Assembly: GCA_964016885.1 (NCBI GenBank)
Contig: OZ024762.1
Coordinates: 10,850,001 to 10,914,000, forward strand
DNA from: Eledone cirrhosa
Taxonomy: Eukaryota
Reading direction: 5' to 3'
Length of the DNA stretch: 64,000 nt
Under the pieces are notes generated by a model. The model saw only the letters and a program-made list of their open reading frames with translations. It ran no database searches and was not told the origin of the DNA. Below are positions 56,753 through 64,000 of the stretch, piece after piece. Numbering within the stretch: position 1 is the first letter of the stretch; each line of letters starts with the position of its first letter. The position numbers and the translations under genes were made by a program.

Positions 56753-57039
56753 CACAAGAATAATTATAACATTCTACGTAACATTAAATATATATATATA
56801 TATATATATTTTTTATTTATTTATTTATTTATATATACATATACAGTTTGCAATACAAAACAGATAGACATATAGACACAAATAAACACATGATATATAT
56901 ATATAAAATATATCCTATCTATAAAACAGGGATTAAAGCTGCTATATAGGGAGGCCTTTCTAACAATCAGGCATGTGCTTGCAAGGTGGCGAAAACGAAA
57001 ACACAAGAACTTACTTACCGCTTTGTTAGAAGCAGCCAT
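7822..57039 (-). CDS. PHF20: PHD finger protein 20 / PHF20L1-family gene (NSL complex subunit; Tudor-Tudor, C2H2 ZnF, PHD), 21 coding exons, 1316 aa
   Basis: All 20 introns are GT-AG with matching phases; joined CDS is 3951 nt from ATG (57039) to TGA (7822). Motifs: Tudor1 [26 protein letters not shown]...[12 protein letters not shown]; Tudor2 [21 protein letters not shown]...YEVLFYDG; Zn[25 protein letters not shown]; PHD HCVC...[15 protein letters not shown]...YICSIC; C-terminus [15 protein letters not shown]. Confidence 0.93.
8163..8361 (-). CDS. PHF20: PHF20-like exon 20
   Basis: atttcag acceptor; PTSICGSEE...[27 protein letters not shown]; A|GTACGT donor. Confidence 0.9.
8593..9328. repeat. 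37-bp minisatellite in intron 19
   Basis: (aattatattagtaatactaaccttacaactgttagtc)n, ~20 copies. Confidence 0.93.
9351..9586 (-). CDS. PHF20: PHF20-like exon 19
   Basis: tatcag acceptor; [18 protein letters not shown]...DPQLKST; ACA|GTAAAC donor; phases 1/0. Confidence 0.8.
9878..10209 (-). CDS. PHF20: PHF20-like exon 18
   Basis: ttgcag acceptor; [14 protein letters not shown]...DKNHS; G|GTTAGT donor. Confidence 0.88.
11260..11458 (-). CDS. PHF20: PHF20-like exon 17
   Basis: tatcag acceptor; [21 protein letters not shown]...[20 protein letters not shown] (family-typical post-PHD block); CT|GTGAGT donor. Confidence 0.93.
11749..13824. mobile_element. piggyBac-like MITE inflated by an internal 72-bp tandem array
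   Basis: Ends TAACCCTTTAGCATTT ... AAATGCTGAAGGGTTAA; interior is ~27 copies of a 72-bp unit. Short relatives at ~4438-4620, ~13823-14027, ~20083-20410, ~25777-25846, ~34054-34495. Confidence 0.72.
14345..14890. repeat. 27/28-bp minisatellite derived from a SINE tRNA head
   Basis: (ccaagagccgaacaccctaacctctag)n; contiguous with the rest of a minus-strand SINE at 14290-14345. Confidence 0.85.
14937..15036 (-). CDS. PHF20: PHF20-like exon 16 (PHD finger, second part)
   Basis: ttgcag acceptor; [33 protein letters not shown]; G|GTAAGA donor. Confidence 0.95.
15131..15317. repeat. 48-bp tandem repeat, ~4 copies
   Basis: (gtaccagcactaccactttatagagtaggctgggtgtattttattgtg)n. Confidence 0.88.
15536..15663 (-). 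CDS. PHF20: PHF20-like exon 15 (PHD finger, first part)
   Basis: ttacag acceptor; ...[25 protein letters not shown]; CAG|GTGAGT donor. Confidence 0.94.
16619..16690 (-). CDS. PHF20: PHF20-like exon 14
   Basis: gtttcag acceptor; [24 protein letters not shown]; A|GTAAGT donor. Confidence 0.8.
17490..17669 (-). CDS. PHF20: PHF20-like exon 13
   Basis: catctag acceptor; [22 protein letters not shown]...HPLD; G|GTAAAT donor. Confidence 0.83.
18005..18282. repeat. 48-bp tandem repeat from a piggyBac-like MITE end
   Basis: (ttaaccctttcattaccatatttctaatgaaagacactgtctatgtca)n, ~6 copies. Confidence 0.88.
18914..19096 (-). CDS. PHF20: PHF20-like exon 12 (C2H2 zinc finger)
   Basis: TAGTAG acceptor (exon start 19099 or 19096); [37 protein letters not shown]; G|GTATGG donor. 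Confidence 0.93.
19816..19947 (-). CDS. PHF20: PHF20-like exon 11
   Basis: Long polypyrimidine tract plus cctcag; [13 protein letters not shown]...[10 protein letters not shown]; G|GTTAGC donor. Confidence 0.87.
20850..21387. repeat. GA-rich compound repeat
   Basis: (gagaaagagattgaaggagaaga)-like units. Confidence 0.9.
21422..21923 (-). CDS. PHF20: PHF20-like exon 10
   Basis: tgttag acceptor; [18 protein letters not shown]...GRKVRTRP; G|GTAAGG donor (in-frame alternative donor ends the exon at 21407). Confidence 0.85.
22713..22930 (-). CDS. PHF20: PHF20-like exon 9
   Basis: Weak ctattgaag acceptor with upstream CTAAT branch point; [12 protein letters not shown]...[16 protein letters not shown]...EPIDK; AAG|GTTAGT donor. 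Confidence 0.8.
24582..24701 (-). CDS. PHF20: PHF20-like exon 8
   Basis: cttcacag acceptor; [39 protein letters not shown]; G|GTATGT donor; phase 1/1. Confidence 0.82.
25459..25707 (-). CDS. PHF20: PHF20-like exon 7 (three 21-aa Thr/Ser/Pro repeats)
   Basis: ttccag acceptor; [10 protein letters not shown]...([15 protein letters not shown])x3...RIK; A|GTAATT donor; symmetric phase 1/1. Confidence 0.82.
26495..26756 (-). CDS. PHF20: PHF20-like exon 6
   Basis: tttttcag acceptor; [27 protein letters not shown]...KDST; G|GTAAAA donor; phases 0/1. Confidence 0.87.
26980..28385. repeat. 60-bp minisatellite, ~23 near-identical copies; diverged relatives extend ~26780-29390
   Basis: Exact 60-bp period with only two unit variants. 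Confidence 0.95.
29789..29893. mobile_element. Tc1/mariner-type MITE, ~100 bp (copies at ~6460-6540, ~7540-7628, ~49945-50050, ~53700-53803, ~57890-57976)
   Basis: Terminal inverted repeats CAGGGTGTCC..AAAATGTATACAC / GTGTATACATTTT..GGACACCCTG inserted in TA context. Confidence 0.65.
30594..30612 (-). promoter_or_regulatory. CTCF-consensus motif in intron 5
   Basis: Minus strand reads TGCCACTAGGTGGCGCTGC, closely matching the CTCF core CCAC/GYAGRKGGCRS. Confidence 0.6.
35059..35585 (-). mobile_element. 5'-truncated RTE-clade LINE
   Basis: [20 protein letters not shown]...[12 protein letters not shown]...[10 protein letters not shown], the RTE ORF C-terminus, followed by a (TGA)n tail. Confidence 0.9.
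35924..36006 (-). CDS. PHF20: PHF20-like exon 5 (Tudor 2, second part)
   Basis: ttttcag acceptor; [28 protein letters not shown]; AAG|GTTTGT donor. Confidence 0.92.
38118..38202 (-). CDS. PHF20: PHF20-like exon 4 (Tudor 2, first part)
   Basis: ctttcag acceptor; [28 protein letters not shown]; G|GTAAGT donor. Too short for the ORF track. Confidence 0.93.
38383..39232. repeat. GA-rich compound repeat in intron 3
   Basis: (gagagaacaagata)-like units. Confidence 0.9.
39242..39404 (-). CDS. PHF20: PHF20-like exon 3 (Tudor 1)
   Basis: ttacag acceptor; [39 protein letters not shown]...QMT; GTAAGT donor. Confidence 0.95.
39437..40640. repeat. 112-bp tandem array (~10 copies) grown from a SINE/RTE-tail element
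   Basis: 112-bp period seen in stacked 78-aa ORFs; ends in GGACGTTAAACGATGATG tail. Confidence 0.92.
40711..40754 (+). ncRNA. Probable degenerate hammerhead ribozyme
   Basis: UACCA-CUGAUGA-U-GUCGCA(gaug)UGUGAC-GAAA-GAAC-UU-UGAUA; one mismatch in stem I. Confidence 0.55.
41220..41403 (+). mobile_element. tRNA-derived Meta/MESC-domain SINE (copies at ~63095-63280, ~47610-47715; on minus ~1200-1420, ~11540-11720, ~19195-19385, ~31815-32200, ~37565-37750, ~51820-52075)
   Basis: B box GAGTTCAAATCC followed by CGCCGAGGTTGACTTTGCCTTTCATCCTTACGGGGTCGATAAAATAAAGTACCAG. Confidence 0.78.
41881..41935 (-). ncRNA. Type I minimal hammerhead ribozyme (left arm of palindrome; sense to PHF20 pre-mRNA)
   Basis: ACUGC-CUGAAGA-GGUCACAGCC(aaagau)GGCUGUCACU-GAAA-UAUAUA-UA-GCAGU: full core, stem I 5 bp, stem II 9/10 bp, palindromic stem III. 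Confidence 0.88.
41989..42043 (+). ncRNA. Type I minimal hammerhead ribozyme (right arm of palindrome)
   Basis: Exact reverse complement of 41881-41935; followed directly by AATAAA. Confidence 0.88.
42446..42810 (-). CDS. PHF20: PHF20-like exon 2 (acidic/Ser-Asn-rich region, start of Tudor 1)
   Basis: ctttcag acceptor; GDDDDD...[26 protein letters not shown]; TG|GTAGG donor, phase 2. Confidence 0.9.
42881..43050. repeat. 54-bp tandem repeat, 3 copies
   Basis: (tcttaacacccagtattacatacaatgacattagcaagatatgactacatgaca)n. Confidence 0.85.
43196..44145. repeat. 64-bp GC-balanced minisatellite, ~15 copies
   Basis: (tgagcacacctgaggtctggacggtgactggtgtaaagaggaagcagctggacaatacagagtc)n. Confidence 0.94.
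44400..45260. repeat. (AGAC)n/(AGAT)n compound microsatellite
   Basis: Direct reading. Confidence 0.9.
45440..47297. repeat. ~1.85-kb TA/TACA microsatellite
   Basis: Direct reading; source of the 470-605 aa spurious ORFs. Confidence 0.93.
48474..48526 (-). ncRNA. Type I minimal hammerhead ribozyme
   Basis: AUUUUGU-CUGAUGA-GGACGUAC(uguu)GUACAUCU-GAAA-UAUGUA-UA-AUAAAAU. Confidence 0.85.
48595..48645 (+). ncRNA. Type I minimal hammerhead ribozyme (inverted partner of 48474-48526)
   Basis: AUUUUGU-CUGAUGA-GGACGUAC(uguu)GUACAGCC-GAAA-UAUG-UA-AUAAAAU; stem III loop 2 nt shorter. Confidence 0.75.
49671..49721 (-). ncRNA. Type I hammerhead ribozyme, second family (4-bp stem III, GUA site)
   Basis: GGCUUC-CUGAUGA-UUUC(uccc)GAAU-GAA-ACAG(uucuaguc)CUGU-A-GAAGCC. 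Confidence 0.82.
52513..52574 (+). ncRNA. Type I minimal hammerhead ribozyme
   Basis: UAUUUUAU-CUGAUGA-AAGCGUACCAAA(guu)UUUGGUACCCUU-GAAA-UAUAUA-UA-AUAGAAUA. Confidence 0.87.
52928..52971 (+). ncRNA. Type I hammerhead ribozyme, third family
   Basis: GGU-CUGAUGA-CCCUGU(gauaa)AUAGGU-GAA-ACUC(ca)GAGU-A-GCC, then AATAAA; stem I only 3 bp. Confidence 0.65.
54357..54418 (-). ncRNA. Type I minimal hammerhead ribozyme (left arm of ~150-bp inverted repeat)
   Basis: UUUUAU-CUGACGA-GGACGUACUG...CAGUUCCUUC-GAAA-UAUAUA-UA-AUAAAA. Confidence 0.82.
54526..54588 (+). ncRNA. Type I minimal hammerhead ribozyme (right arm)
   Basis: UUUUAU-CUGACGA-GGACGUACUG...CAGUACCUUC-GAAA-UAUAUA-UA-AUAAAA. Confidence 0.86.
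55090..55140 (-). ncRNA. Degenerate hammerhead, same family as 49671-49721
   Basis: Core CUGAUGA/GAAA/GUA retained; mismatches in stems I and III. Confidence 0.6.
55218..55270 (-). ncRNA. Type I hammerhead ribozyme, fourth family (stem I truncated by TA tract)
   Basis: CUGAUGA-C-UGAAAGCAAA(uuug)UUUGCUUUCA-A-GAA-ACCA(c)UGGU-A-AAU: perfect 10-bp stem II, near-palindromic stem III, GUA site. Confidence 0.7.
57019..57039 (-). CDS. PHF20: PHF20-like coding exon 1 (MAASNKA)
   Basis: caaaATGGCT start context, strong GCG|GTAAGT donor, phase 0 matches exon 2, adjacent to a CpG-rich promoter-like region. Confidence 0.72.
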
Positions 57040-57500
57040 TTTGAAATAGATTTGTTGATACTTAACCGCCGCTCCCCCTTTTTTTTTTCTTCTTTTTCTT
57101 TATTTTATTATTACTTTCTTTTTTGTTTTCTTTGTTTTTACTTTCGTTGACACAAGTCAGAATGCAAGGGATTTGTTTTCAGTTGGCTATTAGCCGAACC
57201 ATTTATATTAGTAATAATAATTATATCAACTACTACGACCACTATTACTACTACTACTACTGCTGCTATTACTATTACTACTACTACTACTACTACTGCT
57301 GCTATTACTAGTACTATTACTATTGAGGCGGCGGCGGCAGCAGTTTGAAGCGACGAACGAATACGCGCGCGGAATAGTGGAGAGCACAGCCGAGAACCAT
57401 CAATACAAGCATCATCACTATTGCCACTACTGCTGCTGCCACTACTGCTGCCGCCACCGCCACTGCTGCTCTGCCGCCACCACCATAATGTCAACGGTAG
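57030..57500 (-). promoter_or_regulatory. Putative 5' UTR / promoter region of the PHF20-like gene
   Basis: Locally CpG-rich (gcggcggcgg, tacgcgcgcgg) in an AT-rich background; YY1-like CAAAATGGCTGC motif overlaps the start codon. TSS not determinable. Confidence 0.5.
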
Positions 57501-57792
57501 AATGAAGTGGAAGGGAGGGGGGGGGGGGGAAGGAGAGACAGAGAAAGATTATGTAATTAGCACAGTGCGTGTGTATTTCTCTCATTTCTTCATCCTCTCT
57601 CCCGCTCCCTCTCTCCCTCTCTCTCTCTCCATATATGTGTGTGTGTGTGTGTGTGTTTGAATATATATATATGTATGAGGGTGGGTGCAGTGTATATATA
57701 TATATATATGTATGTATGTGGGTGGATGCAGTGTATATATATATATATATACATACACATACAATATATATAATGGTGTATATATTTTGGGG

Positions 57793-57837
<45 letters not shown>

Positions 57838-57972
57838 CAATATATATGGTGTATATATATTTTTGGGACAATATATATATATATATATAGTGTCCCCCAA
57901 AATATATACACCATTCTAATAAATATTGCCTGTCCAGGTAATTAAAGTGTGTATACATTTTGGGGGGACACC

Positions 57973-58032
<60 letters not shown>

Positions 58033-58224
58033 CAAAGAGGGTGTGGAAAGATACTAGGTGGACCATAACGCACCAGAGTACTCAATACTTGGGGTAGTAG
58101 AGTGGGAAATAGGAAAAGATACAGGACCCCGACGGCAGAGCTCAGCTCTCCTGAATCTTTTCACACATACATATATATATTAATTCAAAATATTAACAAA
58201 AATAAACATTCATGTGATCAAGTA

Positions 58225-58291
58225 TATTTTATTATACATATTTCAGAGGTACTGAGCTAACTTCAACAGTACGTCCTCATCAGATAAAATA
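58225..58291 (-). ncRNA. Type I minimal hammerhead ribozyme upstream of exon 1
   Basis: UAUUUUAU-CUGAUGA-GGACGUACUG...CAGUACCUCU-GAAA-UAUGUA-UA-AUAAAAUA; perfect 8-bp stem I. Confidence 0.87.
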
Positions 58292-58460
58292 AGATGATGC
58301 ATAACATACCCTGACTTAGTAGATGGTTAAGATTCAGTCATGGTAGTGAGTAATATATGATAAAACTCAATATTTATATACCTTAAGATTGAGACATGAA
58401 AAAAATCTATTGTAAAACTCATTTTTTGTATTTATTCATTGAACCTTGTTTAACCTTTAA

Positions 58461-58526
<66 letters not shown>

Positions 58527-58914
58527 GTGTATAAACTTAAGAAAATTAACAAAGGACAAGACAAAGAACAGAAACAAAACAAAACAAAAACCTCATTTTT
58601 TTAAGGGGAAACCTTAAAAAATTATTTTTTAAAAAATAAAAACACGAACGGAGAAAACAGAACTCTATGGTCATCGGCCGTTGAGATGGACTTGGGTGCT
58701 TTCGACCCATACCAAGAGTGCTGTTGGTCTACCCGGGGTCACAGCGTCTGACATAAGCCAAACGCTGTCCAGTGATGTAAGAGATACGATGCTGGACACG
58801 TCTTTCTGCCGCCTCAGGATATTTTATCCGATTTTCTTATGCTTTTGTCATTTATCACGGATTCTGCTTCAGAATTCCAATCTTTCAAATCCCCCATACG
58901 CCTCGATAGATCAT

Positions 58915-58990
<76 letters not shown>

Positions 58991-59112
58991 AGTTCTATTT
59001 AAATTGTTGGGATACAAGCAAATATTTTTATAACTGATATAAAGCAGTCAACAAATTATTGGAGTAAAAATACGATATTAACAAATGGAAACTATATTTA
59101 TAAAACCATATT

Positions 59113-59177
59113 TATTTCATTATACATATTTCAAGGACATCAAGTTAAATTTTGGTGTGCTTTCATCAGATAAAATA
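59113..59177 (-). ncRNA. Type I minimal hammerhead ribozyme
   Basis: UAUUUUAU-CUGAUGA-AAGCACACCAA...UUGAUGUCCUU-GAAA-UAUGUA-UA-AUGAAAUA. Confidence 0.8.
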
Positions 59178-59307
59178 TAATATAGAGCAGTTTTATAAAT
59201 AAATATTGACATACCCTTAAAAAATGCGACCATTTCTGTTGGAAGCTCCCGGATACACACACACACACATATATATACACCTACCTACATTCATAAAAAT
59301 ATGTGTA

Positions 59308-59349
<42 letters not shown>

Positions 59350-59376
59350 TACACATATTTATATGAATGTAGGTAG

Positions 59377-59413
<37 letters not shown>

Positions 59414-59438
59414 CACATATTTATGTGTATGTATGTAG

Positions 59439-59475
<37 letters not shown>

Positions 59476-59500
59476 CACATATTTATGTGTATGTATGTAG

Positions 59501-59541
<41 letters not shown>

Positions 59542-59572
59542 AATATACACATATTTATGTGTATGTATGTAG

Positions 59573-59681
<109 letters not shown>

Positions 59682-59725
59682 CAACTTGTACTGGCATTGA
59701 TAAATATGCTGTGTCCGTCATCCCT

Positions 59726-59761
<36 letters not shown>

Positions 59762-59763
<2 letters not shown>

Positions 59764-60240
59764 TCTTCTTCGCCCACTTAATCCTGAGAGGGATGTAGGG
59801 TCACAGTCCTCAAACATTCCTTCCAACGGGTCCTGTTAGAAGCCACCGTCTCCAACTGATCCAGCTGGATCCCCAAGCGCGACCAGCTTGGCTCATGGAT
59901 GTTATCCAACCATCTTGCTCGGGGTCTACCTCTGCATCTCTTGCCGTTTGGTTTTGCCCGTAAAATTTGTCCAGCGATTCTTTCCTGAGACATTCTAACC
60001 ACATGCCCATAGTATCGGAGCTGTGATCTCTCAATTCCGAAAAGGAGCGGCTCTACCTGGAGTGACTCTCTGATCTCCGAGCTACACACTCTATCGAGTA
60101 ACGTTACTCCAAAGACCCTTAGAGGAATCCCATTTCAGCTGCTTGTAATCGCCATCGTATTCTTTTGGTCATTACCTAAGATTCACGACCATAGGTAAGG
60201 GTTGGCATGAATACCGAATTGAAGAAAACGAGTTTCGGTT
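59762..60240 (-). mobile_element. 5'-truncated RTE-clade LINE, second family
   Basis: IERSQLRYYGHVVRMSQERI...GKRCRGRPRARWLDNI. Confidence 0.85.
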
Positions 60241-60309
60241 GCAACGTTTTTTGAAATATTTACTTCTGCGTTCACCGATTGACTTTTTTAGTTTCAGAAG
60301 ATCCTTTAA

Positions 60310-60535
60310 TAAATATATATATATATATAAATATATAAATATATATATATAAATATATATATATAAATATATATATATAAATATATATATATAAATATAT
60401 ATATATAAATATATATATATAAATATATATATATAAATATATAAATATATATATATAAATATATATATATAAATATATAAATATATATATATAAATATAT
60501 ATATATAAATATATATATATAAATATATAAATATA

Positions 60536-60571
<36 letters not shown>

Positions 60572-60671
60572 AATATATAAATATATATATATAAATATAT
60601 ATATATAAATATATATATATAAATATATAAATATATATATATAAATATATATATATAAATATATAAATATA

Positions 60672-60727
<56 letters not shown>

Positions 60728-60827
60728 AATATATAAATATATATATATAAATATATAAATATATATATATAAATATATATATATAAATATATATATATAA
60801 ATATATAAATATAAATATATATATATA

Positions 60828-60904
<77 letters not shown>
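60310..60904. repeat. Pure A/T microsatellite
   Basis: (TA)n interrupted by AAA. Confidence 0.92.
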
Positions 60905-60909
<5 letters not shown>

Positions 60910-61054
60910 TAACAGATTAAAGTTTAAGCAAAGAATCGCTGCTTTCACCCTTAACGGGATCTTATCAATATTTGCTCTACGGTTCTTATATATTTGATAT
61001 ATATTTATCCTTATCGAGCCCTCTTTGGATTTTAGTCTTCAAATTTATTATTAT

Positions 61055-61105
<51 letters not shown>

Positions 61106-61902
61106 TATATATATATATGTATACTTTGGTGTATGTGGTTTCTGTTGTCTCCTGTAAAAAATTACACATACCGTCTTAAACAGGCATGTCAAACATGCGG
61201 CCTGCACAAAGGTTTTATCTTCGTAAAATTAGTTGTAATATGCGCAATTAGTTGTCGTGTGTGACCCTCAGATATTACATATGTGACCCGCGTGGCCCTC
61301 GAGGGATCCTCAGTTTGACATACCTGGTCTAAAAGATTATTCCCAGTCATTCAATTCAAGATCGTGAGAATCCATTCTGAAACGAAGATTTCATTTCCTG
61401 CATCACAGTATGAGTAGAGACAACCTCAAAACAGGTAGGTAGGAAGGTAGATAGGTAGTGAAATAGATAGATAGGTATGTAAGTAGCTAAGGAGATAGGT
61501 AAGGTATGTAGTCGAACCTAATCATACAACGGTCCTTAGCCAAAATTAATTTCCCCTCAATGCAGGAAACAACGAGATTGTCCAAGACACATACCCCCTC
61601 CATGTTTGAATTGTACACTCTCAGATTTAGAAAGTGGAGTTTATAAAATAAAAATAAAAATCTCCTGAAATACGTTCGTTGCGTATAAGACCCCACCCCA
61701 AACGCACCTCGAAGCACCCCCCCCCCCCCCGTTTTCGAGCACACAATCCAAACACACGCTTGTTACTATGACAACAGCATAAAAAAATTCGAATCAAACA
61801 CCTTAGGGTGAGAAAGTTACAGTGTCTCGTTCTCTGTAATGTCTGCCGGACACAGCAGATATAAATCTGCTCTGAAGAATCAAAAACCTAAGCTGGAGAT
61901 CA

Positions 61903-62693
61903 CACTCAACACTTGAAACCATCTACGGAGATTTGATTCCAATATCCCTCAGACTCAACACTTAAAACCATCTACGGAGATTTGATTCCAATATCCCTCA
62001 CACTCAACACTTGAAACCATCTACGGAGATTTGATTCCAATATCCCTCACACTCAACACTTGAAACCATCTACGGAGATTTGATTCCAATATCCCTCACA
62101 CTCAACACTTGAAACCATCTACGGAGATTTGATTCCAATATCCCTCAGACTCAACACTTAAAACCATCTACGGAGATTTGATTCCAATATCCCTCACACT
62201 CAACACTTGAAACCATCTACGGAGATTTGATTCCAATATCCCTCACACTCAACACTTGAAACCATCTACGGAGATTTGATTCCAATATCCCTCACACTCA
62301 ACACTTGAAACCATCTACGGAGATTTGATTCCAATATCCCTCACACTCAACACTTGAAACCATCTACGGAGATTTGATTCCAATATCCCTCACACTCAAC
62401 ACTTGAAACCATCTACGGAGATTTGATTCCAATATCCCTCACACTCAACACTTGAAACCATCTACGGAGATTTGATTCCAATATCCCTCACACTCAACAC
62501 TTGAAACCATCTACGGAGATTTGATTCCAATATCCCTCACACTCAACACTTGAAACCATCTACGGAGATTTGATTCCAATATCCCTCAGACTCAACACTT
62601 GAAACCATCTATGGAGATTTGATTCCAATATCCCTCAGACTCAACACTTGAAACCATCTACGGAGATTTGATTCCAATATCCCTCAGACTCAA
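61903..62693. repeat. 49-bp minisatellite, ~16 copies
   Basis: (cactcaacacttgaaaccatctacggagatttgattccaatatccctca)n. Confidence 0.94.
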
Positions 62694-62966
62694 GCAAAAA
62701 AAGACTACAGTTTTCTTGTCACTGTCATCGAGCCGACAAAGAAATCATTTCATCTCTCATTCCGTGGTGTCCCTCTCGATGTGTCTATTCACCAAAACTG
62801 ACTTTTCCAGACACCATAGCTAAGTAGTCAGGGTTGGACATAAGGGATCCAGGGACAGCAAATGCACGACTGAACAGTGTGGAAAGGGATTGTCAAGAGA
62901 GTTTCGACTGCCCACAGAGGAGTCGAAGAATGATGATGGTGGTGATGATGATGATGATGATGGTGG

Positions 62967-62997
<31 letters not shown>

Positions 62998-64000
62998 GGT
63001 GGTGGTGGTGATGATGATGATGGTGGTGGTGGTGATGATGATGATGACGAATGTCCGCTGGTCACCTATTTTCTGTCCCTATTATCAATGTCGGTGGATT
63101 GGCAGTATCAGTAGAGGGTCTGACGCCATACTTTCCAGCATAGTAACGTCCCTTTACGGTCTGAGTTCAAATCCCGTCGAGGTTAACTTTGCCTTTCATC
63201 CTTACGGGGTCGATAAAATAAAGTACCAGTAATGCACTGGGTTAATTTCTGGCCTTGTGCTAAAAGTAGAAACAATTATCATTGTAGCGATCGTGTGTTT
63301 GGATTTCAACATTTCCACATTTCACACCACCCAAACGCCTCAATAAATAAATATAAATATATATATATATACAAAAAGTAAACGGAAACAAAATAGCAAA
63401 CAACACAATACAATGAAGAAATATATTAGTTTAACGCTTTGACGCTTCATATGGTAGGAAAAAAGAGTCTTTACATCCATGAACTCGGCTTTTGATAGGA
63501 GCCTTTGGAATGTGTGTCTGAGGTCTAGGGGTAGGACTAGGGTGACAAGAAGAAGAAGAAGAAGAAGAAGGTCTTTACGTTTCAGGCACTAGTCCTTCAT
63601 TGGAAGATAGAATGAGGAATACAAGATGAAATAAGGAAGAGAGGGAGTGTGTGTGTGTGTGTGTGTGTTTCGCCCATTATCACATGTAGGATATGATCGT
63701 CATTTTCTTCGGATTTTATTTTCATTTTAGGATTTGACAACTGATGCAAACCTGTCAACTCTCCCCCGCCCGACGGTGGGATCTTCTACCCACTTTGGGA
63801 TGAGTGAGAGATGTCTTCTCTTGTGAAAATGGGTATAGCTTTCATTGTGTAAAATCTCCCGGTTTTGGGGGTACTATTTTTCATGGTACTCCTCGTTTGG
63901 ATCAATAGAGGTTGGCAGGCCTGCTGATGGAATTATGAAATAAGGAAGGTAGGTGTAGGTCGGTGTTTGATTTATCGAAGGCTTGGGTACATTGTTGGGA

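Noticed and set aside
63572-63607. Hammerhead-like fold on the minus strand
   Set aside because: Core reads CCAAUGA instead of CUGAUGA, so it is counted only as a decayed copy.

Overview
AT-rich, microsatellite-dense animal genomic DNA. The repeat content (CORE-type and Meta-type tRNA SINEs, RTE LINE tails, long TA/TACA tracts) suggests an octopus or other cephalopod; this is inference. One protein-coding gene spans about 7.8-57.0 kb on the minus strand: a PHF20/PHF20L1-family chromatin reader. I reconstructed it by hand as 21 GT-AG coding exons with consistent phases (3951 nt, 1316 aa), encoding tandem Tudor domains, a C2H2 zinc finger, a PHD finger and the C-terminal helix. Almost all long ORFs in the supplied track are repeat artefacts. 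The most striking non-coding signal is a cluster of about a dozen type I hammerhead ribozymes plus several decayed ones, of the minimal Penelope-associated kind and from several sequence families. They are concentrated in introns 1-2 and upstream of the gene (40.7-63.6 kb). Three pairs form outward-facing palindromes, and one group shows covarying stem II helices with a conserved C mismatch at base pair 4. The window also holds Helitron, L1/Tx1 and RTE fragments, piggyBac-like and Tc1-like MITEs, many minisatellites (several TE-derived) and an intronic CTCF-consensus element.
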